Below are positions 11,507-20,854 of a DNA stretch of 32,000 nucleotides, one piece after another (the first letter of the stretch is position 1; each line of letters begins with the position of its first letter). Both the position numbers and the translations under genes were made by a program. The stretch covers positions 810,001 to 842,000 of the forward strand of contig NC_000962.3 in the NCBI RefSeq assembly GCF_000195955.2, written 5' to 3'. Source of the DNA: Mycobacterium tuberculosis H37Rv (GTDB taxonomy: Bacteria > Actinomycetota > Actinomycetes > Mycobacteriales > Mycobacteriaceae). The notes beneath the pieces were generated by a model. The model was not told the origin of the DNA and did not search any database. It saw only the letters and a list, made by a program, of their open reading frames with translations.

Positions 11507-12853
11507 GTGTCACGCGACGACGTCACAATCGGCATCGATATCGGCACCACCGCCGTCAAAGCGGTGGCCGCCGACGACAACGGTCGGGTGACGGCGCGGG
11601 TACGGATTGGCCACCAGCTGGCGGTGCCGGCCCCCGACCGGCTGGAGCACGACGCCGACGAAGCGTGGCGGCGGGGACCATTGGCAGCACTGGACCGGCT
11701 GGTCGGACCCGACACCCGGGCACTGGCCGTTGCCGCGATGGTGCCATCGCTGACCGCTGTCGATCCCGCTGGCCGGCCGATCACACCCGGGCTGCTGTAC
11801 GGCGACGCCAGGGGTCGGGTACCGAACGCCTCGGTGGCACGGGCGCAGTCGGTGCCGTCGGTGGGTGAGACCGCCGAGTTTCTGCGCTGGACGGCCGGCC
11901 AAGCGCTGGATGCGTCCGGGTACTGGCCGGCGCCGGCGGTGGCCAATTACGCCTTGTCGGGCGAAGCGGTCATCGACTATGCCACGGCCGTCACGACTCT
12001 CCCGTTGTTCGACGGGACGGGATGGAACGCGACCGCTTGCGCCGACTGCGGTGTGACCGTTGACCGGATGCCGCGGGTGGAGACGTTCGGAGTGGGAGTG
12101 GGGCAGGTGCGCGGCACCGGCGCGGTGCTGGCGGTCGGTGCCGTCGATGCCCTGTGCGAACAGATCGTGGCCGGCGCCGACCGCGACGGCGACGTGTTGG
12201 TGCTATGCGGCGCCACCTTGATCGTGTGGACCACCATCTCCGCGGCTCGTCAAGTGCCGGGTTTGTGGACCATCCCGCATACGGCACCGGGCAAGAGCCA
12301 GATCGGAGGGGCCAGCAACGCTGGTGGGTTGTTCCTCAACTGGGTGGATCGTGTTATTGGACCGGGCGATCCAGCGCTAGCCGATCCGCGGCGGGTGCCG
12401 GTGTGGCTGCCCTATATACGCGGCGAGCGCACCCCGTTCCATGAGCCCGATCGCCGGGCCGTGCTCGACGGTGTGGATCTCTCCCAGGACGCCGCATCGG
12501 TGCGGCGGGCCGCCTACGAGGCGTCGGGCTTCGTCGTGCGCCAGCTCATCGAGCTAAGCGGGGCGCCGGTGGCGCGCATCGTGGCGGCAGGCGGCGGCAC
12601 CCGGATACAGCCTTGGATGCAGGCTATCGCCGACGCGACCGGCCGGCCGGTGGAGGTGTCCAGGGTGGCCGAAGGGGCGGCACTGGGAGCGGCTTTCCTC
12701 GGCCGCTTGGCGGCCGGATTGGAATCGTCGATCGCCGACGCTGCCCGGTGGGCCTCAACCGACCGCATTGTCGAACCCAGTGCCGACTGGGCGGGGCCGA
12801 CCAAGGAACGCTATCGCCGGTTCCTGGCGCTCAGCGGCTCGAAGTTGGCCTGA
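11507..12853 (+). CDS. xylB: FGGY-family carbohydrate kinase (annotated xylulokinase by homology)
   Basis: N-terminal GIDIGTTAVKAVAAD ATPase motif. Start is GTG 11507 (alternative GTG 11498). Divergent from the dehydrogenase gene across about 30 nt. Confidence 0.88.
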   Translation: MSRDDVTIGIDIGTTAVKAVAADDNGRVTARVRIGHQLAVPAPDRLEHDADEAWRRGPLAALDRLVGPDTRALAVAAMVPSLTAVDPAGRPITPGLLYGDARGRVPNASVARAQSVPSVGETAEFLRWTAGQALDASGYWPAPAVANYALSGEAVIDYATAVTTLPLFDGTGWNATACADCGVTVDRMPRVETFGVGVGQVRGTGAVLAVGAVDALCEQIVAGADRDGDVLVLCGATLIVWTTISAARQVPGLWTIPHTAPGKSQIGGASNAGGLFLNWVDRVIGPGDPALADPRRVPVWLPYIRGERTPFHEPDRRAVLDGVDLSQDAASVRRAAYEASGFVVRQLIELSGAPVARIVAAGGGTRIQPWMQAIADATGRPVEVSRVAEGAALGAAFLGRLAAGLESSIADAARWASTDRIVEPSADWAGPTKERYRRFLALSGSKLA

Positions 12854-12865
12854 CGGTGGACCAAG

Positions 12866-13594
12866 ATGCATGGCGCAAGAACTGGTGTGTCGTTCTACGC
12901 TTATGCAATGACAGATCACGACCAGACCGCGGCCCGTCGAGAGATCGCCGATGCCCTGCTCGCCGCGCTGGAACGTCGGCATGAGGTCGCAGACGCCATC
13001 GTGGAGGCCGCCAACAAGGCCGCCGCCGTCGAGGCGATCGTGAACTTGCTGGGCACCTCGCACTTGGCCGCCGAAGCGGTGATGAGCATGTCTTTCGATC
13101 AGCTCACCCAGGATGCGCGCACAAAGATCATCGCCGAGCTCGACGACCTGAACAAACAGCTGAGCTTCACCGTCAAGGAGCGTCCAGCCAGCTCTGGTGA
13201 GGGCCTGGAGCTGCGGCCGTTCTCCCCAGATGAGGACCGCGACATCTTCGCTCGACGAACCGAAGAAATGGGCGCCGCCGGCGATGGATCCGGGGGACCC
13301 GCCGGCAGCGTCGACGACGAGATCCGAGCCGCACAGAAGCGCGTCGACGACGAGGAGGCGGCTTGGTTCGTGGCTGTTGATTCCGGCGTCAAGGTCGGGA
13401 TGGTGTTCGGCGAGCTTGTCCACGGCGAGGTGGACGTCCGGATCTGGATTCACCCCGATCATCGAAAAAAGGGTTACGGAACCGCGGCATTGCGCAAGTC
13501 GCGCTCGGAGATGGCCTGGGCGTTCCCGGCCGTGCCGATGGTCGCCCGCGCGCCCGCGGCCCAACCCGCCCAGCCGGGAAGTGCCGGCCGGTAG
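12866..13594 (+). CDS. GNAT-family N-acetyltransferase with an unusual helical N-terminal region (Rv0730-like)
   Basis: 242 aa. The C-terminal half has GNAT motif A (IHPDHRKKGYGTAAL, R-x-x-G-x-G/A). Starts 12 nt after the kinase stop. Confidence 0.8.
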   Translation: MHGARTGVSFYAYAMTDHDQTAARREIADALLAALERRHEVADAIVEAANKAAAVEAIVNLLGTSHLAAEAVMSMSFDQLTQDARTKIIAELDDLNKQLSFTVKERPASSGEGLELRPFSPDEDRDIFARRTEEMGAAGDGSGGPAGSVDDEIRAAQKRVDDEEAAWFVAVDSGVKVGMVFGELVHGEVDVRIWIHPDHRKKGYGTAALRKSRSEMAWAFPAVPMVARAPAAQPAQPGSAGR

Positions 13595-13682
13595 CATCCG
13601 GTTCGGTCTGGCAGGCGGTCGCCAGGCCGATCGGCGGCGAATCCGCGGCGCCAACGCTGCCGCCGGATCCCAACTGGCTTAA

Positions 13683-14639
13683 TCAGCGTGTGTCTTGGTG
13701 TTTCTGCTTCAGTTCGGCGGAGACATAGATCACCTCGCCGAACGGGGCGTCGTCGCCGTCGATCGGCGGCAGTCCGTGTTCAGCCAGCAAGTCGGTGGTG
13801 CTCGCGCTGGCGGTTCGCCAGCCGTGGTCGGCCAGATAGGTCCGCGCGTCCGTGCGGTCGCCGAAATACACCAGGCCCGACATGTCGAGGTCGAGGCCAT
13901 GGCGCCTGAACCGCTCCGCCAGGCGCCGCATGCGTCCCCGCAGTTCTTCTTCGTTGAGCCGATTGATGTCGCGCAGGACTTCGGTGGCGAACTGGCTGCC
14001 CGGTACGCTCTGGGCGGTGATCTGGTCAAGCAGCCGGTCCTGCGCCTCGGCGGACAGATAGCCCAGCAGCCCCTCGGCGATCCAGGCGGTCCGCTGCGCG
14101 TTGTCAAAGCCGGCTTTTTGCAGGGCGGTGGGCCAGTCGTCGCGCAAATCGACCGCCACGGTGCGCCGGTCGGTCGTGGGTGCCGCACCCAGGCCGGCCA
14201 GCGTCGTGGTCTTGAAGTCGATCACCTGCGGCTGATCGACTTCGAAGACGATGGTGCCGGCTGGCCAGCGCAGCCGGTAGGCGCGGGAATCCAGGCCGGA
14301 AGCCAAGATGACGGCCTGCCGAATCCCGGCTCGGGTGGCATCCAGAAAGAAGTTGTCGAAGTAGTGAGTGCGAATGGCCATCGCGTCGGCGAACCGCCGC
14401 AGGCCGTTGGCCTCGTCTTCGGCTAGCTCGTCGGGATCCAGTTCGCCACTGGCCATGCGTACGAAGAAGTCGACGCCGACCGCGCGGACCAGCGGTTCCG
14501 CGAACTGGTCGTTGACCAGCGCGCCGGGAGCCCGGCCGGCTACCGCTCGGGCCGCCGCCACCATGGTGGCCGTCAAACCCACACTGGACGCCAAGTCCCA
14601 CGAATCGCCCTCAAAGCGGGCACTGCCCGTTTGCGTCAT
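13683..14639 (-). CDS. SAM-dependent methyltransferase (UPF0677 / LCM-like family; Rv0731c-like)
   Basis: 318 aa, [50 protein letters not shown]. Full-length in one frame. Confidence 0.9.
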   Translation of the reverse strand: MTQTGSARFEGDSWDLASSVGLTATMVAAARAVAGRAPGALVNDQFAEPLVRAVGVDFFVRMASGELDPDELAEDEANGLRRFADAMAIRTHYFDNFFLDATRAGIRQAVILASGLDSRAYRLRWPAGTIVFEVDQPQVIDFKTTTLAGLGAAPTTDRRTVAVDLRDDWPTALQKAGFDNAQRTAWIAEGLLGYLSAEAQDRLLDQITAQSVPGSQFATEVLRDINRLNEEELRGRMRRLAERFRRHGLDLDMSGLVYFGDRTDARTYLADHGWRTASASTTDLLAEHGLPPIDGDDAPFGEVIYVSAELKQKHQDTR

Positions 14640-14799
14640 CTGTAACCCCTTCGATAGCTCGCACCGTGGCGGCCCGGAACGGGCCAGTCCATACCAGCTG
14701 TTAGTCTCTTACACGATTTGGCGCGCGACGCCGTACGTCCTGGCCTGCGGGTGTTGGGCGCGTGATGCAAGATGACCCCGGGCTGCGCAGGAGGATAGA

Positions 14800-16125
14800 G
14801 TGCTTTCGGCTTTCATCTCGTCGCTGCGAACAGTCGACTTGAGACGAAAGATCCTCTTCACGCTGGGCATCGTCATTCTCTACCGTGTCGGTGCCGCGCT
14901 GCCGTCCCCCGGTGTCAATTTTCCGAACGTGCAGCAGTGCATCAAAGAAGCCAGCGCGGGCGAAGCCGGACAGATCTATTCCCTGATCAACCTGTTCTCC
15001 GGCGGTGCGTTATTAAAGCTCACGGTGTTCGCGGTGGGGGTGATGCCCTACATCACCGCCAGCATCATCGTGCAGCTGCTCACCGTGGTCATCCCGAGGT
15101 TCGAGGAACTCCGGAAGGAAGGCCAGGCGGGTCAGTCGAAGATGACCCAGTACACCCGTTACCTAGCGATCGCGTTGGCTATCCTTCAAGCCACCAGCAT
15201 CGTGGCGTTGGCTGCCAACGGCGGGTTGCTACAAGGTTGCTCGCTGGACATCATCGCCGACCAGAGCATTTTCACACTGGTCGTCATCGTGCTCGTGATG
15301 ACGGGCGGCGCCGCGTTGGTGATGTGGATGGGCGAGTTGATCACCGAACGCGGCATCGGCAACGGCATGTCGCTGCTGATCTTCGTTGGCATCGCTGCCC
15401 GCATCCCGGCCGAAGGTCAAAGCATCCTGGAAAGCCGCGGTGGAGTCGTCTTCACCGCGGTCTGCGCGGCCGCGTTGATCATCATCGTCGGTGTGGTGTT
15501 CGTCGAACAGGGTCAGCGCCGGATTCCAGTGCAATACGCCAAGCGCATGGTGGGCCGGCGGATGTATGGCGGGACTTCGACTTATCTGCCGCTCAAGGTC
15601 AACCAGGCCGGCGTTATCCCGGTTATCTTCGCGTCGTCGCTGATCTACATTCCGCACCTGATCACCCAGCTGATTCGCAGCGGCAGCGGTGTCGTGGGAA
15701 ACAGCTGGTGGGACAAATTCGTCGGCACGTACCTGTCCGACCCGAGCAACCTGGTCTACATCGGCATCTACTTCGGCCTCATCATCTTCTTCACCTACTT
15801 CTACGTGTCGATCACCTTCAACCCCGACGAACGTGCCGACGAGATGAAGAAGTTCGGCGGCTTCATTCCGGGAATTCGGCCGGGCCGTCCGACCGCAGAC
15901 TATCTGCGCTATGTGCTGAGCCGGATTACCTTGCCGGGCTCGATTTACCTCGGCGTGATCGCCGTGCTGCCCAACCTGTTCCTCCAGATCGGCGCCGGTG
16001 GAACCGTGCAGAACCTGCCCTTTGGGGGTACCGCGGTGCTGATCATGATCGGTGTCGGTTTGGATACGGTCAAGCAGATCGAGAGTCAGCTCATGCAGCG
16101 CAACTACGAAGGGTTCCTCAAGTGA
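14800..16125 (+). CDS. secY: Preprotein translocase subunit SecY
   Basis: 441 aa, GTG start preceded by AGGAGGA. Ten hydrophobic segments and typical SecY sequence ([26 protein letters not shown]...). Confidence 0.97.
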
Positions 16126-16667
16126 GAGTTTTGTTGCTGGGACCGCCCGGGGCGGGCAAGGGGACGCAGGCGGTGAAGCTGGCCGAGAAGCTCGGGATCC
16201 CGCAGATCTCCACCGGCGAACTCTTCCGGCGCAACATCGAAGAGGGCACCAAGCTCGGCGTGGAAGCCAAACGCTACTTGGATGCCGGTGACTTGGTGCC
16301 GTCCGACTTGACCAATGAACTCGTCGACGACCGGCTGAACAATCCGGACGCGGCCAACGGATTCATCTTGGATGGCTATCCACGCTCGGTCGAGCAGGCC
16401 AAGGCGCTTCACGAGATGCTCGAACGCCGGGGGACCGACATCGACGCGGTGCTGGAGTTTCGTGTGTCCGAGGAGGTGTTGTTGGAGCGACTCAAGGGGC
16501 GTGGCCGCGCCGACGACACCGACGACGTCATCCTCAACCGGATGAAGGTCTACCGCGACGAGACCGCGCCGCTGCTGGAGTACTACCGCGACCAATTGAA
16601 GACCGTCGACGCCGTCGGCACCATGGACGAGGTGTTCGCCCGTGCGTTGCGGGCTCTGGGAAAGTAG
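16122..16667 (+). CDS. adk: Adenylate kinase
   Basis: GTG 16122 overlaps the secY TGA (GTGA). 181 aa, [18 protein letters not shown]-loop. It is the in-frame 3' end of the artefactual ORF 14937..16667. Confidence 0.96.
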
Positions 16668-16669
16668 TC

Positions 16670-17470
16670 ATGCGCCCACTGGCACGGCTGCGGGGTCGCA
16701 GGGTCGTGCCGCAGCGCAGTGCCGGCGAACTCGACGCGATGGCCGCGGCGGGCGCCGTCGTTGCCGCCGCGCTGCGGGCGATCCGTGCGGCAGCGGCTCC
16801 CGGCACATCCAGCCTGAGTCTCGACGAGATCGCCGAGTCGGTGATCCGCGAATCCGGCGCCACCCCGTCGTTTCTGGGCTATCACGGCTACCCGGCCTCG
16901 ATCTGCGCGTCGATCAACGACCGGGTGGTTCATGGCATCCCGTCGACCGCCGAGGTGCTCGCGCCCGGTGATCTGGTATCCATCGACTGCGGTGCGGTGC
17001 TGGACGGTTGGCATGGCGATGCGGCGATCACTTTCGGGGTTGGCGCCCTGAGCGACGCCGACGAAGCGCTGTCGGAGGCGACAAGGGAATCGCTTCAGGC
17101 CGGCATCGCCGCGATGGTGGTCGGCAATCGGTTGACCGACGTCGCGCATGCCATCGAAACGGGTACCCGTGCCGCCGAGCTCCGTTATGGACGCTCGTTC
17201 GGGATCGTCGCCGGTTACGGGGGCCACGGCATCGGCCGCCAGATGCATATGGATCCGTTCTTGCCGAACGAGGGTGCGCCGGGGCGCGGTCCGCTGCTGG
17301 CTGCCGGCTCGGTGCTGGCCATCGAACCGATGCTGACCCTCGGTACCACCAAAACGGTGGTGCTCGACGACAAATGGACGGTCACGACCGCCGATGGGTC
17401 ACGTGCGGCACACTGGGAACACACCGTGGCGGTAACCGACGACGGGCCCCGAATTCTGACGCTCGGTTAG
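16670..17470 (+). CDS. mapA: Methionine aminopeptidase (type I)
   Basis: 266 aa. [24 protein letters not shown] and the metal ligands D..D..H..E..E pattern ([37 protein letters not shown]). Confidence 0.95.
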
Positions 17471-17494
17471 CGCGGCTGCCGGCGCGGGCAGTGG

Positions 17495-17522
17495 TGAACC
17501 AAACTCTTACTCGACTCGTGTC
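17495..17522 (+). promoter_or_regulatory. SigL-type ECF promoter upstream of sigL (autoregulatory)
   Basis: TGAACC (17495-17500), 16-nt spacer, CGTGTC (17517-17522). This matches the SigL consensus TGAACC-N16-CGTgtc as I recall it. GGGAGG SD at 17530-17535, GTG start at 17543. Confidence 0.75.
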
Positions 17523-17542
17523 AGTAAGCGGGAGGTGATCGC

Positions 17543-18076
17543 GTGGCTCGTGTGTCGGGCGCCGCGGCCGCTGAAGCCGCGTTGATGAGGGCGCTCTACG
17601 ACGAGCATGCCGCCGTGTTGTGGCGTTACGCGCTGCGCTTGACCGGGGATGCGGCCCAAGCCGAAGACGTCGTCCAAGAGACGCTGTTGCGGGCGTGGCA
17701 GCATCCGGAGGTGATCGGCGACACCGCGCGGCCGGCAAGGGCGTGGTTGTTCACCGTCGCGCGCAACATGATCATCGACGAGCGGCGCAGCGCCCGGTTC
17801 CGCAATGTGGTCGGTTCGACCGACCAATCGGGCACACCCGAGCAGTCGACGCCGGACGAGGTGAACGCCGCACTGGATCGGCTGCTGATCGCCGATGCGC
17901 TGGCCCAACTGTCCGCCGAGCATAGGGCCGTGATCCAGCGGTCCTACTACCGCGGATGGTCGACCGCACAGATTGCCACCGACCTCGGAATTGCCGAAGG
18001 AACGGTGAAGTCGCGATTGCACTACGCCGTGCGCGCGTTGCGGCTCACTCTGCAGGAACTGGGAGTTACTCGATGA
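17543..18076 (+). CDS. sigL: ECF sigma factor SigL
   Basis: 177 aa with region 2 (DVVQETLLRAWQH) and region 4 (WSTAQIATDLGIAEGTVKSRLHYAVRAL). Confidence 0.95.
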   Translation: MARVSGAAAAEAALMRALYDEHAAVLWRYALRLTGDAAQAEDVVQETLLRAWQHPEVIGDTARPARAWLFTVARNMIIDERRSARFRNVVGSTDQSGTPEQSTPDEVNAALDRLLIADALAQLSAEHRAVIQRSYYRGWSTAQIATDLGIAEGTVKSRLHYAVRALRLTLQELGVTR

Positions 18077-18139
18077 CGGCAGAGCCCATTCGCATGGCTG
18101 CCGGCTCCGGATACGTGAGGGTGACAGGAGAGAGATGAC

Positions 18140-18892
18140 ATGACGATGCCGCTACGAGGACTTGGCCCGCCCGATGACACCGGTGTGCGCGAGGTGTCGA
18201 CGGGTGATGATCACCACTACGCGATGTGGGATGCAGCTTACGTGTTGGGAGCATTGTCTGCGGCCGACCGCCGCGAATTCGAAGCGCACCTGGCCGGTTG
18301 CCCCGAATGCCGGGGGGCCGTCACCGAACTCTGCGGGGTGCCCGCCCTGCTGTCCCAGCTCGATCGTGACGAAGTGGCCGCGATTAGCGAATCCGCCCCG
18401 ACTGTGGTGGCTTCGGGGCTGTCGCCGGAGTTGTTGCCGTCGTTGCTGGCGGCGGTGCACAGGCGTCGGCGCCGTACCCGGCTGATCACCTGGGTGGCCT
18501 CGTCCGCCGCTGCCGCGGTGCTGGCGATCGGTGTGCTAGTCGGTGTGCAGGGCCACTCCGCGGCACCGCAGCGGGCGGCCGTGTCGGCGCTGCCGATGGC
18601 CCAGGTCGGCACGCAGCTGTTGGCGTCCACGGTGTCGATCAGCGGCGAGCCTTGGGGGACGTTCATCAACCTGCGGTGCGTCTGCCTGGCGCCGCCGTAT
18701 GCTTCCCACGACACGCTGGCCATGGTTGTGGTGGGTCGTGACGGCAGCCAGACACGGCTGGCGACTTGGTTGGCCGAACCCGGTCACACCGCGACACCCG
18801 CCGGCAGCATTTCGACACCGGTTGACCAGATCGCCGCCGTGCAAGTGGTTGCCGCCGATACCGGCCAGGTTCTGCTGCAGCGTTCGCTCTAA
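18140..18892 (+). CDS. rslA: Anti-sigma-L factor RslA (zinc-associated anti-sigma, membrane-anchored)
   Basis: 250 aa. HLAGCPEC fits the H-x3-C-x2-C ZAS motif. One TM helix (LITWVASSAAAAVLAIGVLVGV). Directly downstream of sigL. Confidence 0.92.
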   Translation: MTMPLRGLGPPDDTGVREVSTGDDHHYAMWDAAYVLGALSAADRREFEAHLAGCPECRGAVTELCGVPALLSQLDRDEVAAISESAPTVVASGLSPELLPSLLAAVHRRRRRTRLITWVASSAAAAVLAIGVLVGVQGHSAAPQRAAVSALPMAQVGTQLLASTVSISGEPWGTFINLRCVCLAPPYASHDTLAMVVVGRDGSQTRLATWLAEPGHTATPAGSISTPVDQIAAVQVVAADTGQVLLQRSL

Positions 18893-18943
18893 GACTGAGC
18901 TTTAGGCACCTGGCGCCCTGCTATTGGCACGCCCTACAAGCAC

Positions 18944-18968
18944 CAGGTGGTCGGGCGTCGACCACCTG
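18944..18968 (+). terminator. Possible hairpin terminator after rslA (no U-tract)
   Basis: CAGGTGGTCG (18944-18953) pairs perfectly with CGACCACCTG (18959-18968) around a 5-nt loop, 52 nt after the rslA stop. Confidence 0.3.
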
Positions 18969-19206
18969 CTCGGAGTGGGCTGCATGATGCCGCGCATCTT
19001 CAGTCGTCGATCACCGTGGTGCTGGCCAAACACGAGTTCTCCGCTGCCACGGTGGCCGACGGGTACAGCCGCAGCGGGGCCGGGTTCGGGGTCGCGGCGG
19101 CGGCCTCCGGTGGCGGCACTTTCCTCGGTCAGAAATGCGCCGCAGCAACGGCAAGCTGAATTCCGTAAGGTTGGCCCGCGTCGACGCATGTGCGATAAGA
19201 AGGGGC

Positions 19207-19704
19207 GTGGCCTCAGATAATCGCGACCCCATCGCCGCAGCACGGGCCAACTGGGAGCGTTCCGGGTGGGGTGATGTGTCGCTAGGCATGGTGGCGGTGA
19301 CGTCGGTGATGCGTGCGCATCAGATTCTGCTGGCCCGCGTCGAGACGGCGCTGCGCCCCTATGACCTGAGTTTCTCCCGCTTCGAGCTGCTGCGGCTGCT
19401 GGCGTTCAGCCGTATCGGAGCGCTACCGATCACCAAAGCGTCGGACCGATTGCAGGTTCACGTGACCAGCGTCACCCACGCGATCCGCCGGCTGGAGGCC
19501 GATGGATTGGTGCGGCGGGTTCCGCACCCCACCGACGGGCGGACCACACTGGTGCAGATCACCGAGCTGGGTCGCTCCACGGTCGAGGACGCCACCGTCA
19601 CCCTCAACGAGCAGGTGTTCGCCAACGTTGGGATGGGCGCCGAGGAATCGCAGGCGCTGGTGTCGGCCGTCGAAACGTTGCGGCGCAACGCCGGCGACTT
19701 TTGA
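19207..19704 (+). CDS. MarR-family transcriptional regulator (Rv0737-like)
   Basis: GTG 19207 preceded by AAGAAGGGG. 165 aa with a winged-helix region (LSFSRFELLRLLAFSRIGALPITKASDRLQVHVTSVTHAIRRLEADGLVRRVPHPTDGR). Confidence 0.85.
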   Translation: MASDNRDPIAAARANWERSGWGDVSLGMVAVTSVMRAHQILLARVETALRPYDLSFSRFELLRLLAFSRIGALPITKASDRLQVHVTSVTHAIRRLEADGLVRRVPHPTDGRTTLVQITELGRSTVEDATVTLNEQVFANVGMGAEESQALVSAVETLRRNAGDF

Positions 19705-19706
19705 GG

Positions 19707-19766
19707 GCGGGCAGACGCGTAAGCGCCCAATGTCGTGCCGAAATGGGCGCTTATGCGTCTGCTCGC
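19707..19766 (+). terminator. Long hairpin, copy 2 of the repeated element
   Basis: 19707-19729 pairs with 19744-19766: 23 bp including two G:U pairs that are valid only in plus-strand RNA, with a 14-nt loop. Starts 3 nt after the MarR stop. It shares GAGGGCG(A/G)GCAGACGC...GCGTCTGCTCGC with copies 1 and 3. Confidence 0.65.
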
Positions 19767-19778
19767 GCCCGGCTTGGC

Positions 19779-19912
19779 GCGCAGCCGGCGACATTCCATG
19801 ACCAGTTTGTGCGGGCCTTGACGCGGGCGCGGGCTCGTATGCGACCGCCGAGGCCGGCCGGCTTGCTGCTGGGCAATGGCGGGGCTCGGCGGTATCCGGC
19901 GGCGGGCAGCTA
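19779..19912 (+). pseudogene. PE_PGRS gene relic: end of a PE domain fused to a few PGRS codons, frameshifted
   Basis: Translates as AQPATFHDQFVRALT... then LLLGNGGA. Compare [27 protein letters not shown] in the PE_PGRS gene at 22990. One C is missing relative to TTGACCGCGGGCGCGGGCTCGTATGCG, and the N-terminal ~55 PE codons are absent. Confidence 0.7.
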
Positions 19913-20061
19913 ACCGGACTGCCCCGAAACCCACTGCGTGGTCAACGATTTCAGGACAAGCTGTTAGCAGGACGTGCCCGCGCTGCGCTATCCAAAAACG
20001 TCATGGGCACGCATGATGGTGAAATGCGGCGGACACCAATTCAACCGCGAAAGGCAGGACA

Positions 20062-20610
20062 GTGGACCCACTGATGGCTCACCAGCGCGCTCAGGACGCG
20101 TTCGCCGCGCTCCTGGCCAACGTCCGCGCTGACCAGCTCGGCGGCCCCACGCCCTGCTCGGAGTGGACGATCAACGATCTGATCGAGCACGTCGTCGGCG
20201 GCAACGAGCAGGTCGGGCGATGGGCGGCCAGCCCCATCGAGCCACCCGCCCGGCCCGATGGCCTCGTTGCCGCCCACCAAGCCGCGGCCGCGGTCGCCCA
20301 CGAGATCTTCGCGGCGCCGGGCGGGATGTCCGCCACATTCAAGCTGCCGTTGGGCGAGGTTCCCGGGCAGGTGTTCATCGGGTTACGCACCACCGATGTG
20401 CTGACCCACGCGTGGGATCTTGCCGCCGCCACCGGCCAATCCACCGATCTTGATCCCGAGTTGGCCGTCGAGCGGCTCGCCGCCGCGCGTGCCTTGGTGG
20501 GGCCGCAGTTCCGCGGGCCGGGAAAGCCCTTCGCGGACGAGAAGCCTTGCCCGCGTGAGCGCCCGCCCGCCGATCAGCTGGCGGCATTTTTGGGCCGCAC
20601 GGTGCGGTGA
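20062..20610 (+). CDS. DinB-superfamily / mycothiol-dependent-isomerase-like metal-binding protein (Rv0738-like)
   Basis: 182 aa. The N-terminus FAALLANVRADQLGGPTPCSEWTINDLIEHVVGGN is typical of the actinobacterial TIGR03086-like family, as I recall it. Confidence 0.75.
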   Translation: MDPLMAHQRAQDAFAALLANVRADQLGGPTPCSEWTINDLIEHVVGGNEQVGRWAASPIEPPARPDGLVAAHQAAAAVAHEIFAAPGGMSATFKLPLGEVPGQVFIGLRTTDVLTHAWDLAAATGQSTDLDPELAVERLAAARALVGPQFRGPGKPFADEKPCPRERPPADQLAAFLGRTVR

Positions 20611-20623
20611 ACCCGCGAATTCG

Positions 20624-20805
20624 GCTGCCGCGCAACGTGTGGATCACCGCGCTGCGGTCCAGGGCGCCGTGGTCGGCGGCGAATCTGGCGTAGATTTCGG
20701 CGGGGTGGCCACCTAGCGGCGCCGCCGCACCGGTCGAGGCCACCGCTTCCATGGCCAGGCCCACATCTTGATCGGCGTGGTGGCCACGCCCGGTGTGAAG
20801 TGCTG
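20624..20805 (-). pseudogene. 3' relic (copy A) of a beta-hydroxyacid (3-hydroxyisobutyrate-type) dehydrogenase gene
   Basis: The minus strand reads ...FTPGVATTPIK, then a frameshift, then DVGLAMEAVASTGAAAPLGGHPAEIYARFAADHGALDRSAVIHTLRGS. This is the characteristic C-terminal helix bundle of that family. The stop is lost. 119/140 nt are identical to 25062-25201. Confidence 0.6.
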
Positions 20806-20854
20806 TTGGCCGTGATGTCGGATTACAGTCTCGGCGTGCCCGACGAGACAGGCC

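Noticed and set aside
14937-16667. 576-aa plus-strand ORF overlapping secY
   Set aside because: It is an Arg/His-rich nonsense translation in an alternative secY frame. Only its last 181 codons (from GTG 16122) are real and correspond to adenylate kinase.
19913-20061. 7-bp inverted repeat CGTGCCC / GGGCACG (about 19971-20013) upstream of the DinB-like gene as a possible operator
   Set aside because: The stem is short with a ~30-nt spacer, it has no second copy, and it matches no regulator consensus I recognise.
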